Part shown: piece by piece, positions 40,068-52,273 of the stretch | Numbering within the stretch: the first letter of the stretch is position 1 | How the letters are laid out: each line of letters starts with the position of its first letter | Assembly (NCBI RefSeq): GCF_001447785.1 | Contig: NW_015166480.1 | Coordinates: 246,485 to 310,484, forward strand | Reading direction: 5' to 3' | DNA: 64,000 bases | From: Gekko japonicus | Lineage: Eukaryota | Translations under genes and position numbers: made by a program | The notes under the pieces: generated by a model | Seen by the model: the letters and a program-made list of their open reading frames with translations, nothing else | The model's database searches: none | What the model was told of the DNA's origin: nothing

Positions 40068-40645
40068 GTGAGATCGCAGTAAGGTTAGAGTCTCTGGCAC
40101 TAGTGAATACAGTTAAGCAGGTTAAGTACTTCTAAAGAAACCAAGAAGATCTTATAAATCTAAATATATTAATTTGTAAAAAACATTCATACACAAAGTT
40201 ATTCAATAGAGGCAAGTAGGGGGAAATGGAGGAAAATAGCAACATTTTAATCATGAACAAAAGAGTAATAATGTAAGACAGGCAAATTCGCAAATGAAAC
40301 CTTGATTCTGTCTCTGTGATTGAGGATTGGTGTAGGGCTCAATGACCTCCTTTCTTTCCTTACTTGACCTTGGTCTGCTTGGCTGATATCTGTTGTTATA
40401 TTTACAATGCTGTTCAAAACAGAATCTTTATCATAGTCGCACTAAGAAAAAAAATGCATCTAACATTGTAGGGATTGTAGGGANNNNNNNNNNNNNNNNN
40501 NNNNNNNNNNNNNNNNNNNNNNNNNNNNNNNNNNNNNNNNNNNNNNNNNNNNNNNNNNNNNNNNNNNNNNNNNNNNNNNNNNNNNNNNNNNNNNNNNNNN
40601 NNNNNNNNNNNNNNNNNNNNNNNNNNNNNNNNNNNNNNNNNNNNN

Positions 40646-40764
<119 letters not shown>

Positions 40765-40918
40765 TAAAGGGCAGGCTTGATTTATCAACCATATTTTGGT
40801 GGAGAAGCGGAATGAGCCCTTTCCAACTTCAGTACCCACCAGCCATCTCCATGTTGGCTCAAACACAAATATAATCCAACAGACTGAAGACACGCAGAAA
40901 TAAAATATATGAAATAGG

Positions 40919-41231
40919 CAGGGCTCTAGTCGGGGGGGAGCTCTCAGGTACGGAGCTCCGGAAGAGAACCTCTAGGGGGCGGGGCGGTCACGTGGTGAAG
41001 CCCCGCCCCCTTCTTTACCCCGCCCTCTGCTTCGATCCTCATTCCGTTTGGGAATGAGGATGAAGCAGGAGGGTAAGTAGCCGGGCCTTCTGACACACTT
41101 CCGGTGATGTCAGGGGGTGTGGCCTTCTGTCACTTCCGGTGATGTCAGGGGGCGTGGCATATGCAAATAAGTTATGCTAATGAGTTATGCTAATGAGCTC
41201 CGGCAGCTCTTTTTCTACAACAAGACCCCTG
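40919..41231. mobile_element. hAT-type MITE, CpG-rich
   Basis: CAGGG...CCCTG ends, exact 8-bp TSD GAAATAGG. Confidence 0.88.
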
Positions 41232-41248
41232 GAAATAGGGTTGTAAAA

Positions 41249-41388
41249 GGGGCCATGACTGAGTGGTGAAGCACCTGCTTGGCATACAGAAGGTCACAGG
41301 TTCAATCTCTGTCATCTCCACTTTGTGTAGACAATACCGACTTTGATGGACCAATGGTCTGATTCAATATAAGGCACCTTCATGTGTA
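41249..41388 (+). mobile_element. tRNA(Ala)-like-headed SINE with CR1-type tail, internally deleted
   Basis: Head ggggccatgactgagtggt...ggttcaatct...atctcca; tail gatggaccaatggtctgattcaatataaggca. Confidence 0.65.
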
Positions 41389-43469
41389 TTCTCACATTAA
41401 TTGGTTAAACTTTAATTTGATGTCCTGAGTGGATTCTTCCGAGAGATGAAATGAGGATTTTTGACATAAAGACCAACTGTGAATCAAAAATTGATCTCAG
41501 TATTGATGCCTGTTGCTCTAGTTAAGCAGCTTTTTAAGCAGCCGTCCAATCATGCTGATGGCTCAGAATGTCTTCTATATAGCTGTAAAAGATTTGTGAT
41601 ATTTTCTTTATTGATGTGAATTGGACTCTGAATCCAACAGTATAAACTGAGGCCCCACTCGGTCAAGATCGTTGCAGCCCCCTTCTCTTCTTTTTTCCCT
41701 TCCCTCCCCCTTGATTAGCAGATCACCATCCTTCTGGGACTGTTGCTGCTAATAAAACTTTTAAAAAATGGCTCAGAAAATATGTGGGTATGTCAGATTT
41801 GGATTTAAATTCCTGCCAAACCATGATATCTGCGATATTTTGTAAAGGAACAGATGACTTTGTTTATTGCCAAAAAAAAAAAAAAATTACATCTTTTTTT
41901 TTTTAAAAAGAAATGTTTCTCTGGAACAGCACAGTTCCACGGCTGCTTTAACATTACAAACGGGGACCTGAAGACTGTTGGTACGTTTCAGTCAAATATT
42001 GCAATGTTTATGGAAGGGATGAGGAGGAATACAACCCAAAAGTAGTCCAATTGGGGGCATGGACTGAAGATGTTCAGTAGGAAGTGTGGGGGTGCCGCTG
42101 CTCTGTCTCCCATGCAACAGAACAGCGCAATTGCAATACTAATTCTACCAATTTGTCCCCTTGTCAAATTGGTATAGGAAAGACCCAACAAAAAATTCCT
42201 TCCTCTTTGGGTCTATGTTTCTGTGCTTGGCAAGTTTCCCCAACCTCACTGACTGGTTAATTCATTTCTTACTCTTTCAGTGTTCCATGTCTGTATAGTA
42301 AAGCTCCCCCACCCCCACTGCCTGGTTATCCCTCCCCCACTGTGTCTATATCCCTGCCTGGAAAGAGTCCTCCCCAAAATTTACTGACTGATGACATTTA
42401 AAGAGAGGGTAGTTTTCTTTGTTTATGATAATTAGAAACATTATCAGGACTCCATAAGGCACTTTTCTATCACCCAATATCTCCCCTTTCCTGGAAAACA
42501 AGCTTTCAGTATTAATAACATCCTTTCTATTAGAGCTCCAGGGTTATTTTTAATTAGGTTTTGGGGGGAGGGAGGGTGAAAAGCACAAATGCTCTGAGAT
42601 GACAGAAAATACAAAGACACTTGTGCATCGTTTGCCATAATGGAACTCTTCCCAATACTGGGCTCAGTTTCTGCAGTCGCTACCTTACCCCCATCTTAAT
42701 GGTGTATTTCTTGCTATCTCTGACATCAATGTTTGCATGGGAAATCTCCTCCCACCTACTGTCTGGTTAATAAATCCTTTCCACTTTGGGATCGACATTA
42801 CCAGTGGTGTACCTAGCCTATTTGGCACCTGGGGCAGATCATTTTTTAACACTCCCCTCCTCTATGTTTTTGTTGTTGTTGTTGTTGCTATCAAGTCACA
42901 GATGACTTATGGCAACCCCGTAGTGTTTTCAAGGAAAGAGAAGTTTGGAGGTGATTTGCCATTGCCTGCCTCTATGTCAACCTTACTTAGCTTCTGAGTT
43001 CTGACAAGATCAGGCTAGGCTGGGGCTATCTAGGTCTGGGCTATACGACAAAACTATTTTCAGTAACAATCATGAAATAAGACAAATAATAATAATGGCC
43101 AGAAAATAGATTCAGGCCGGTAGCCATGTTGGTCTGAAGCAGTAGAACAAAGTTTGGTCATAAAGGTACCATTGGACCCAAACATTGTTTCAATGGCAAG
43201 ATAAGAAATGCAGACAGTGAAAAACTTCTTTTATTTAACTTTGTATATGTAATCATGCCAGTAAAAAAAAAAAAATGAATTCCAACACACTATTCCATCA
43301 TGAGAGCCAGTGTGGTGTAGTGGTTAAAGTGTAGAACTAAAATCTGCAAAGTCCAGGTTCGAATCCCCACTTGTTCCATGGAAGCTTGCTGGGTGACCTT
43401 GGGCAAGTCACATTACTCTCAGCCTTGTCCTCATAGAATCAGAGAGTTGGACAGGACCTCCAGAGTCAT

Positions 43470-43740
43470 CTTTTTTACTCCTTTTATTTTTTACCCAGAG
43501 ACTCTCAACTGAACTTCCATGTTCAGATTCATGTATTTCCTCACAAGTACATACCGTCTTTACGTATAATGTTATTCCTCTCCTTATTTGTCTATCCATT
43601 TTAAACAAGTTGTACCGTTGATTCCTAGTATTCCAGTTCTAAGTGTCATCCTACCAAGTTTCAATAATGCCTATTAGACCTAGTCCCTGTATTAGGACTT
43701 CAAGTCCCTTCTGCTTATTTCCCGTTTTCTTGGCCCCCCG
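43470..43740 (-). mobile_element. CR1 LINE ORF2 endonuclease N-terminal fragment
   Basis: Minus strand GIIETW...YNLFKMDRQIRRGITLYVK...VESLWVK. Confidence 0.75.
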
Positions 43741-43748
43741 AAGGGGGA

Positions 43749-45590
43749 TTTTTTTTATTTTTTTTTGCATTTTCTACACACTACATATATGGAATGGGGA
43801 AAGGAGTACTAATGCCCTATCACTATTACTATGGGAAATGGGTCAGGGAAGCCTAGATACATATAATCTAAATCTCCTACTGGATATGGGGAAGGGGTAA
43901 AGACTAATACAAATCACGATCTAAAAAAGCTTAAAAATAGACCTTTTTAACCTATTAGTACACAGAGATTAGTTCGATTATAAAAAAGTATAAAGTTATT
44001 AGCTTGGCACAATTACTGCCCTTAGCACTCATGCTTTACTTTTAGAGTCTTTTCTTCTTAGATTTCTTTGTTTTCTGCAGTTTGGGAACGGCCTCTCCTT
44101 TCACCGATTCAGATGATTCTGATGACAAGGAAGTTTGGCTTGTTGAGTCCTGTGAGTAGGACTCCTCATCTTCTTCTTCCTCCGCACCCGTTTTTAAATT
44201 CTTTTCCTTCTTCTTTTTTACATTAAGCATTTGATCCATAAATCTTTCCGCTTTTGGAACAGAGTCAATTTTATATTTTTTATCCTGGTAATTAAATCTC
44301 AACTCTTCCGGAAATAGCCATCTATACACTATTCCCTTTTTTTTTGCAGAGAGAAAGTAAGCATCCTGTATAGTTTCCTCTTTTTTCTTACTTCGAATGG
44401 GATGTCTTTCAAAATTTTTCTCTTCATTCTTGATTTTTAAGGATTTTCCCATTGTTGACTTTAGCACCAGCTCCCTGGTTGATTGTTTCATGAATTTTAA
44501 TTAAGTTTCCCCTGGGAGTTTATTTTTCTTTATAAAGTCTGGATAAGTCCTGTACGCCACATCCATTTCCTTAATTAAGTTTTCTTGCTTGTAATCCATT
44601 AGTGGGGCCATGGCAACCGCCAAGAGTTCCTTTAAGTCCTCATTCTTATTCTCAGATATACCATGGAAGCATAGAACATACATTGATCTTTCCAGCTGGA
44701 GCTGTATTAGTTGTGTTTTATCCAAGGATCTCTCCTTCTCTGCTTCATCCACTCTTTTATTAATACTCTCAGTCTGTTTTTCCATCTTTTTCAACGTTTT
44801 CTCAGTTGCTGTGGTTCTCTTGTCCATTTGCTTTAACTGTTTTTGCACATTGTCTAGTTTGGTGTTGAGAGTAGTCATCAGTTCCATTAGAGGGTGCAGT
44901 GCATTTGCTAACAGTGAAGAAAGGTCTGTAGATGCTTCCTGGTTCTGGGAGGGAGTCATTGGTATGTTATTTCTGGTCACCAGTTTTTTCTCCGGTGCTC
45001 TCCATCCTCTCCCAGCCATAATATCAACTTTCCAAAACAAAGCAAAAGTTATACGTTTTAATTCCTCTTCGTATATTTTAGCAACTTTTGCATTTCCTTA
45101 ACTTCTTATGCGCTTGGTTTGGCTCAAAGTCTCTTTATTTTTGCTTTAAAACCATTTTTTACAGTTTACTCCTATGGGGGGGTTGGAATCTCCTCCCCCC
45201 GCACTTCGAACTTAGGTGCTTCCAATTACTACCAAGGCTCCATTCACTTATTTTTCACCTGAACTTTGCTTAACTCACAGTTTGTGGCCTTGGAGATCTT
45301 TTGGAAATCTTTTTAATGAGTTCGTCTTGATCGCTTGCTCTGGCAGTCGTCCCTAGGTGCCATGCTGGCTCCGTGGTGACGGTACCTATCGGGGAAGAAG
45401 GTGAGCCTCAATTCCTCGGGCGTCCCCTTGGAAGAGGCTCTCCTCAGCTCCCCAGGCTGGGGGTCTCCTATAGAGACCCTGGGGGGGGTCCGGGACGAAC
45501 TCGAACCCCTCCCGTCAGCTGGGTCTTGGCGCGTCTCCATCCGAGCGAGACGAGACACGTCCGAGCAGCGAAACGCTTAGACCGGAATTC
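43749..45590 (-). mobile_element. ORF1-only L1 derivative (HAL1-like)
   Basis: GC/CpG-rich 5' region (45310-45590). Broken ORF1 (45040-44501 and 44491-44042) with a coiled coil, an RRM-like segment and YRWLFPE. Short 3' UTR, then an A-tail containing AATAAA at 43749-43766. Confidence 0.7.
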
Positions 45591-47290
45591 TGTGTATTCG
45601 TATTGAGACATCGGAATCCATGGTTTATGTGCCCTGAGGTTTTCATTTCTGGACTTACTTGTGAGTTAATGTTTCCTAGCATATGTGCCACTCCCCGCAA
45701 ATCTGTTGGGAGCTCTGGCCAAAACAATACACCTTTACAATACACCTCCCACCTTCTGACTGTGATAAAAAGGAACAGAGATCTCCATTCCTACTGGTGT
45801 CTGGTGAAGGGAGCTTTCAATCTTGTTGGTGTCTAAGGTGCTACAGGACTTTAATCTAACCCTTCCCACCAGTGATCCAAACAGGGAACAGAGCCTGTGC
45901 AGATGGAATTGTTGAGTGAATGGTAGAACAGCCCAGTCCAGGTGGATCAATGCAGAAGGGTATGAAAGTAATAGAAGTACTAGAAGGATTCCTAACTAGC
46001 ATTATTGTTAATCAGCACCATGCAAACTGACTGGTGTGTTCTACTAACACAGTGGTACTACAGTGTTCCTAAACACTGTTGCAGAGATTCCCACAAGTTA
46101 AAAAAAAGAGCCTTGAGTGACAGCATAGCGACATCGTCATTATACTTGATTGAGCGAGCTTCACTGTGCCTCAGGTCTGAAAGGGAAACCAATGGAGAGA
46201 GAAAAGATTACTCTGAACCATTTGGAATATCCATTGCTAAGGATCACCCACAGTCACAACGACATTATCACTATGGAAAAACACCATGAGGTGGAAGCAG
46301 CCCAAGTCTATTCAAAGGGCTTATTCCCTGGAAAGTGTCCCTTGCATGGCATTGTAATCTCCCAAATACCACTAGACTCAGTTGTGGCTAGCTCTGTCCA
46401 TCAAAAACAATTACTGTCATATGCAAATATTCTACATCATGTTTCATTTAATCTTATCCCCCAAATTGCTAAATTTTCAGAGGTACCTGACCTGGATGGT
46501 CGATGCCAGTTCTGTGTTGTCATATCCTGGTAGTAAACAGGGTCAGCCCTTGTTAGTACTTAGATGGGACCTATGCAGAGGCAGGCAATGCAAACCACTG
46601 CTGTTTCTCTCTTGCCTTGAAAACCCCTTGAAAGGTTGCCATCAGTCAGCTGTGACTTGACAGCAGTTTATTTTCAGAGACACACCTTTGTTACTGGGTG
46701 TTTTGGCTTCACTTGCCAGAGTTCTATGAACAATCAGCAATTATGTAGTATTTTTAAGCTGCACAACTCCAAGTCAATCATTCCTTTGGTATTCCAAGAA
46801 TGCAGAATGATTGGTCACAGTTGTTGTCTGTAAATGAAGAAATAAATAGTCTAAAACTATTAGATAAGAGCTTCAGACTACAGTCCAGAGTGTGGAAGGA
46901 CTGAGCTCAAAGCATTTTACAATCTGTTGCCACCCACTTTCAGTTTCTTTCAAAGGGCTTAATAATTAATTACGGAGTAGTTAATGCAGTTTACATATCA
47001 AGAGACAGTTCAATAAATCAGAGCAGGCATAAAGCAGATGTCTACACTTTGACAGAAGAGTTAAATACAAATTTTGTTTGGGGGGAGGGGAGAACTGAAG
47101 GAAGAACCACACAGGGCTCCTCAAGTATTAAATAACCCCAAAAGAACAAAAAATCCACAGTTTTGGCATCTCTAATAGCAAGCAAGTTAGCTCTTTGCTG
47201 GGAACTAAATCGTAAAGAATAACAGAAATGCACCACAGCCTGCTCTGTGAAGAAACAAGTCTACTCTTTGCATGGGGGTAGATCAAGAAG

Positions 47291-47413
47291 GGAAGCCGTG
47301 TTAGTCTGCCTGTAGCAGTAAAAAAGAGTTAGAGTCCAGTAGCAGCTTAAAGTCTAATAACATTTGTGGTAGGGTATTAGCTTTCATGAGTCACTGCTCA
47401 CTTCTTCAGATAC
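47291..47413 (-). ncRNA. Penelope-like terminal repeat containing a minimal type I hammerhead ribozyme motif
   Basis: Minus strand GTAT-CTGAAGA-A-GTGAG-cagtga-CTCAT-GAAAGCTA-ATAC: stem I GTAT/ATAC, core CUGANGA, stem II, GAAA, palindromic AGCT. Confidence 0.7.
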
Positions 47414-47781
47414 TTCTTCTTCTTTGCATGGGAAAACTAGATGTAGTACAAGCCAGGTGGAATTTTGCATGGGGATCCCAGTTAGATCCAAGTTAACATG
47501 CAAAATATTTATGTGCCATCGAACTGCTTCCAACATATGGCAAACCTATGAATTAATAACCCTATGACCCTATAAATTAATGAACTCCAAAACGTCCTAT
47601 CATTAACAGCCTTGCAAACTGAAGGCTGTGGCTTCCTTTATCGAGTCATCAATCTCATGTTGGGTCTCCCTTTTTTCTTACTGCCTTCAAACTTTCCTAG
47701 CATTATTGTCTTTTCCGGTGAATCTTGTCTTCTCGTGATATTACTGAAGTACGAAAGCCTATACTTAGTCATTTTAGCTTC

Positions 47782-48765
47782 TGTGGATAAATGCATTTTC
47801 TCCTGGCGGGAGGTTGGTAACGAGCAGGGCTTCCCTGTGTGGTTTAGTTCGCTGGCACATCGGCTCACCTGCACACAGATGCTAATCGATTTTAGACAAA
47901 GGAATGGTCAGTCATCCCCCTCCCCCCCCCTTCTGCAAGCAGGGAGCGCAGAGGCTTGGAGAACTTTTTACTAGACAGGTAACAGGAAGGGACTTCCTGG
48001 AGATAACAGGAAAAGAAGCCTTGACCTGGGCTAACTGGGGTCAAGGGGGAGGAGGCACAATTTTGTTAAAACCACCTTGCAAAGGTAAGGTGGTCTCTCT
48101 TCTTGGGATGCTGAGCTGAACAGACCTCTTGTCTGAGGTTGAGAGCAGGCTTCCATTTTGGACCATGCAGTTGGCCTAGAGAGCTGGACTAACCCTCAAG
48201 GTAATGGAGGATCTTTAGAGAACTAGGACACCTAGGATAAAGAGCCTGTCCTAATTTTAACATCTAGTTAGGGCATGTTTTAGAGAGTGGGACAGGGGAT
48301 TTGCAATTTACCAACTTCTTTTGTTTTTCCCTTCAATCTGGTGTGGTGCTAAAAGTATGCTTGTAAACATTTTATTTTTAATAAATGTTTTAAACTTTTT
48401 ATTCTAGAAGTGGTAGTCTGTAGCACATAGTCACTCACTGTTTCATATACACTATTTTAAAAGGGACCTAAGAGGGGGGAAGGCAAGCAGTTGGCAACAG
48501 GCTATCCCCCCAGGGGTGCACAAGGTATTAATCTGCCCCCTTGGTAGCCAGGTGTTGGGCTAGCGGGAGACACTGAGGCAAGGCCTCGGAGCTTGGAAGG
48601 GGAGCTGAAGGTCCTGATCCCTTCAGTGGGCAATCCCTATATTGATCAGGTGGTGGTGGTGGCTACCAAAGAGTTAAAAGGAGAAGCCCCTCCAAGGAGT
48701 TGGGGACCTCAAGGAGGGCAAGTCAGAATGGGGCCTGCAGGCTAGAGCAGGCACGTTCTGCCACA
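47782..48765. mobile_element. Solo LTR (984 bp)
   Basis: TGTGG...CCACA termini, exact 5-bp TSD GCTTC, internal AATAAA near 48380; cleanly interrupts the RTE. Confidence 0.82.
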
Positions 48766-48920
48766 GCTTCATAGGAGAATTTAAACATAATTTGATCTAG
48801 AACCCATTTATTTGTCTTTTGCTGGTCCATGGTATCTGTAAAACTCTCATCCAAGCCACATTTCAAAGGAATTAGTTTTCTTCCTCTCAGCTTTCTTCAT
48901 TGTCCAACTTTCACAACCAT

Positions 48921-49655
48921 ATATGGGGCTGCCCTTGTCCCAAATCCGGAGGCTGCAGCTAGTGCAGAATGTCGCAGCCAGGCTACTGATGAGTCTCTCT
49001 AGATGGGAGCACATCCAGCCTGTGCTGAAGGCACTGCACTGGCTGCCAATAGCGTACCGAATTCACTTCAAGGTGCTGGTACTTACCTTTAAAGCCCTAT
49101 ATGGCCAGTTAACTTCAGTTTGGATAGTTGCTGCCTCTCGGGTAGCCTCATCTATAAGCAATAACATTAAGTCAATTCCGGGCCCCAAGGATGCCAGGCT
49201 CACTGCCACCAGGGCCAGAGCCTTTTCTGTGGTGGCTCCTTAGTGGTGGAATGAGCTCCCGGAGCTCCCGGAGGAGATCAGAGCCCTGTGGGATCTTCTG
49301 CAATTCTGCAGGGCCTGCAAGACGAAGCTCTTCCACCAGGCTTTTAATTAAGAGCCACCCACTATTACCATCAATGCCCACCACTAACATGGGGGCATTG
49401 GGCTGGTTGTAGTTGAAAAGTGAGCCATATTATCTTGATATATTGGGAGACCACTGAGCCGGGTACTTGGGTACCATACTTATGGTATGCCATTTTGACT
49501 TAATGACATTGTGAGCACTTTAATGGTAAATTGGTTTGACAATTTTAAATGGTTATAATTGCACTTGGTACATTGTGCCAAGTAATGTAAGCTGCCCCGA
49601 GCCTGCTTGCGAGGAGGGCGGGATATAAATATGACAAATAAATAAATAAATAATA
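48921..49655 (+). mobile_element. L2-clade LINE 3' end nested in the RTE
   Basis: LQLVQNVAARLL..LHWLPIAYRIHFKVLVLTFKAL, with a (TAAA)n tail. Confidence 0.88.
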
Positions 49656-50685
49656 AAGAGAAAAACCACTATATGAATTATCATGATTTTGGTCGTCAGT
49701 GACACTCCCTTACACTTAAGGATCTCCATGGCTGCCCTTCCAGATCTCAATCTCCTTCTGATTACTTGGTTGTTTTCTCCCTTTTGGTTTATGATTGAGC
49801 CAAGGAACAGAAAAAATGTTTAACAATTTCTTCTCTGTCAACCTTGAAAATTGTGTAATTCTTCAGTGGCCATTACCTTTGAAATAGTCCCCTGGAATAC
49901 CAATTTGGAATATGCTGCTTTTTGCTTAAATGCCATGCTCACTATTGCAATAAGTGCCCCAAACATATGATGCCATGTTTAGTAATATATCTGGAAATAT
50001 TGGAAAATATGTTTTCCATCCCTCTTTACAGCATACCGATATAACATGATGCTCTTGAAAAAAGAAATTTGAAATGTTTTTGGTTGAGCAAACATGAACT
50101 GTTATGTATTTTCATCACTCTTCAGTGAAGTGTTTGAAACTGCCACTCAAACTTCAGTAGGGCAATAGTGGAAGGAAGAATTGTGTAATCAGCATCCTGC
50201 AGGCCTGATATAGGTGCTGGAAAACAAAAGGGGAGGAAGGCAATGGAGGGAATGATAGATTTTAAGGGCGTTCTTATGCTTCCTAAGCTCACCCCAGAGC
50301 AATCACTTGTAGCAGAAAATTTTGGGATGTGGGTATTGTTTTTCCAAGTTTCTTGGTGAAGGCACTGTTTAACTGTGATTAAATAAATTGAGAGGATTTT
50401 TTTATTAATACATGGTTGTCATTCTGGATCACCGTTATTATAAGAATAACTGACATTTAATCCCCCCCTTCTCTCTCTCTCTCTCTCTCTTCCCAGTTAT
50501 ATTGACTATTCTCTTTGGGGTTTTGTTAAAAATCACTGTTGCTAAATTCAGAAGCAGGTGCCGTGTTGTTAGAGAAGTTGTAAACACTGTTTTTTTTCAG
50601 AAATAGGTCTTAAATATTTTGTACTGTTGAAGTTTAATATTACATTGTACATTCATTAAATTAGTGGCTTAATTATATTTGACAG

Positions 50686-50815
50686 AGATATTGTGATTCT
50701 GGCTGCTTAAAAGACCAGTTCCAGTGTTCCAATGGTCAATGCATAGCAGCAAAGTGGAAATGTGATGGACACGATGATTGCATACTGGGAGAGGATGAGA
50801 AAAATTGTGAACCAG
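50686..50815 (+). CDS. LRP1B: LRP1B exon I (130 nt, phase 0-1): LDLa repeat
   Basis: ttgacag| acceptor, CAG|gtactt donor. [43 protein letters not shown]. Confidence 0.95.
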
Positions 50816-51499
50816 GTACTTCTTTACAAATGGCAACCCCCGTATTGGCAGTAAGAAAATGGGTCAGCAACTAAAATGATGTTTTTGTAATATGTTGCCT
50901 GATACAATATACCATATTCATAGTTGCACTGCGTACCCAGTGTGTGACTCAAAAGTAGAGCTGCCTGGTCCAACTCAGGAAATACCTGGGGACTTTGGGG
51001 GTGGAACCTGGAAACTTTTCCATTCCCTTAAAAAAGATAAATAAAAATACAGCAGTGCAGTTCCCCTGAATATAGTCTTCATTTCCTCATCCTCTTCTTT
51101 TGCCTTCAGAGGATTCCCCAGTAGCTGCGCTGCCACTAAATGAAAGTGGAATTTGTCATAACCCCACAAGTCCCATGTCAGGCTTTGTTAGCATTCCAAG
51201 CATGGCTTTATCAAGGGATGCACACACAGACTCACAAAGCAGCCAAAATAAACAATGGAGTCTTTCCCAAATACAAACAGTTTGCAAGCCCATGCTTTGG
51301 TGGTCTCACTGGCTTGTATTCTCTTCTGTTGCATTCAGTCTGTTGGACTGCTGAAAGGTACAACACTTCACTGTGTAAAATGTCCCTGTTAGTGGTGGTA
51401 ACAATTTGAAATGGAGAAAAGCTCCATTCTGAGAAAGTTGCTTCATTACCGTAAGTCATCATCTAGAAATTTATATACCACCCAAACATTGGAGTAAAC

Positions 51500-51708
51500 C
51501 AGGGGTCATTTGGGGGGGGACGCGGGGGGACGTCATCCCCCCAGGTGAGGTGCGGGAGGGCGGGGCCTGGAGCTCCCTGCTGGTGCCTGCTGGAGGTTGC
51601 CGCCGGCTGTGGGGAGGACACACTTCCGGTGATGGCAGGGGGTGTGGCATATGCTAATGAGTTATGCTAATGAGTCCCCCTAGCTCTTTTTCTATGAAAT
51701 GACCCCTG
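51500..51708. mobile_element. hAT-type MITE
   Basis: TIR CAGGGGTCATTT / AAATGACCCCTG, exact 8-bp TSD GAGTAAAC. Confidence 0.9.
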
Positions 51709-52166
51709 GAGTAAACTAATTTATGCATACTTGGTATGCAAAATTTTCAGAGCTAATTGCAGTTGAAGTTTACGTCTCTTCTATGGTAGAATCTTTAATT
51801 ATGTTACAGACAAAAGAGGCGTTCATGGCTGTTGAGCTGGGGATTGATTTGCCCCAGTCCCTTTTCTCATGAAGCATGAGACTTGGTTGGATGGTCAATG
51901 GTAGCCATCCAATGGGAAGGCACTTTTAATCCTGACAAAACTAGAGAACCAGAGGTGTTTAGATAAAGGAAAGAATGCAATTTCTGTTTACATTTAGGGA
52001 GAACTATGTATGTCATACTGAGCTCCTTAGAGGAAGGATGCATCAAGATAGATCTTACTCAGTAGATCTGTATTTTAAGTAAATGCCAGTCTTAATGATG
52101 AATCTTAATAATTGTGATGCAGTTGTCTATTGTATTTGCCTAATGTCAAATGTATGTTTGAAATAG

Positions 52167-52273
52167 CATCACCAACCTGTTCTTCAAGTGAATATGTATG
52201 TTCCAATGGAGGATGTATCTCAGCATCTTTAAGGTGTAACGGAGAATATGATTGTGCTGATGGTTCTGATGAG
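52167..52273 (+). CDS. LRP1B: LRP1B exon J (107 nt, phase 1-0): LDLa repeat
   Basis: aaatag| acceptor, GAG|gtaagc donor. [36 protein letters not shown]. Confidence 0.95.

Larger units (their letters stand above)
47510..49875 (-). mobile_element. RTE-clade LINE 3' fragment split into three pieces by nested insertions
   Basis: Pieces at 47510-47781 (LSYFSNITRRQDSPEKTIMLGKFEG), 48766-48920 and 49656-49875 (GRAAMEILKCKGVSLTTK). Confidence 0.8.

Noticed and set aside
41249-41320. tRNA gene
   Set aside because: Stems are disrupted and it is fused to a CR1-type tail, so it is a SINE head.
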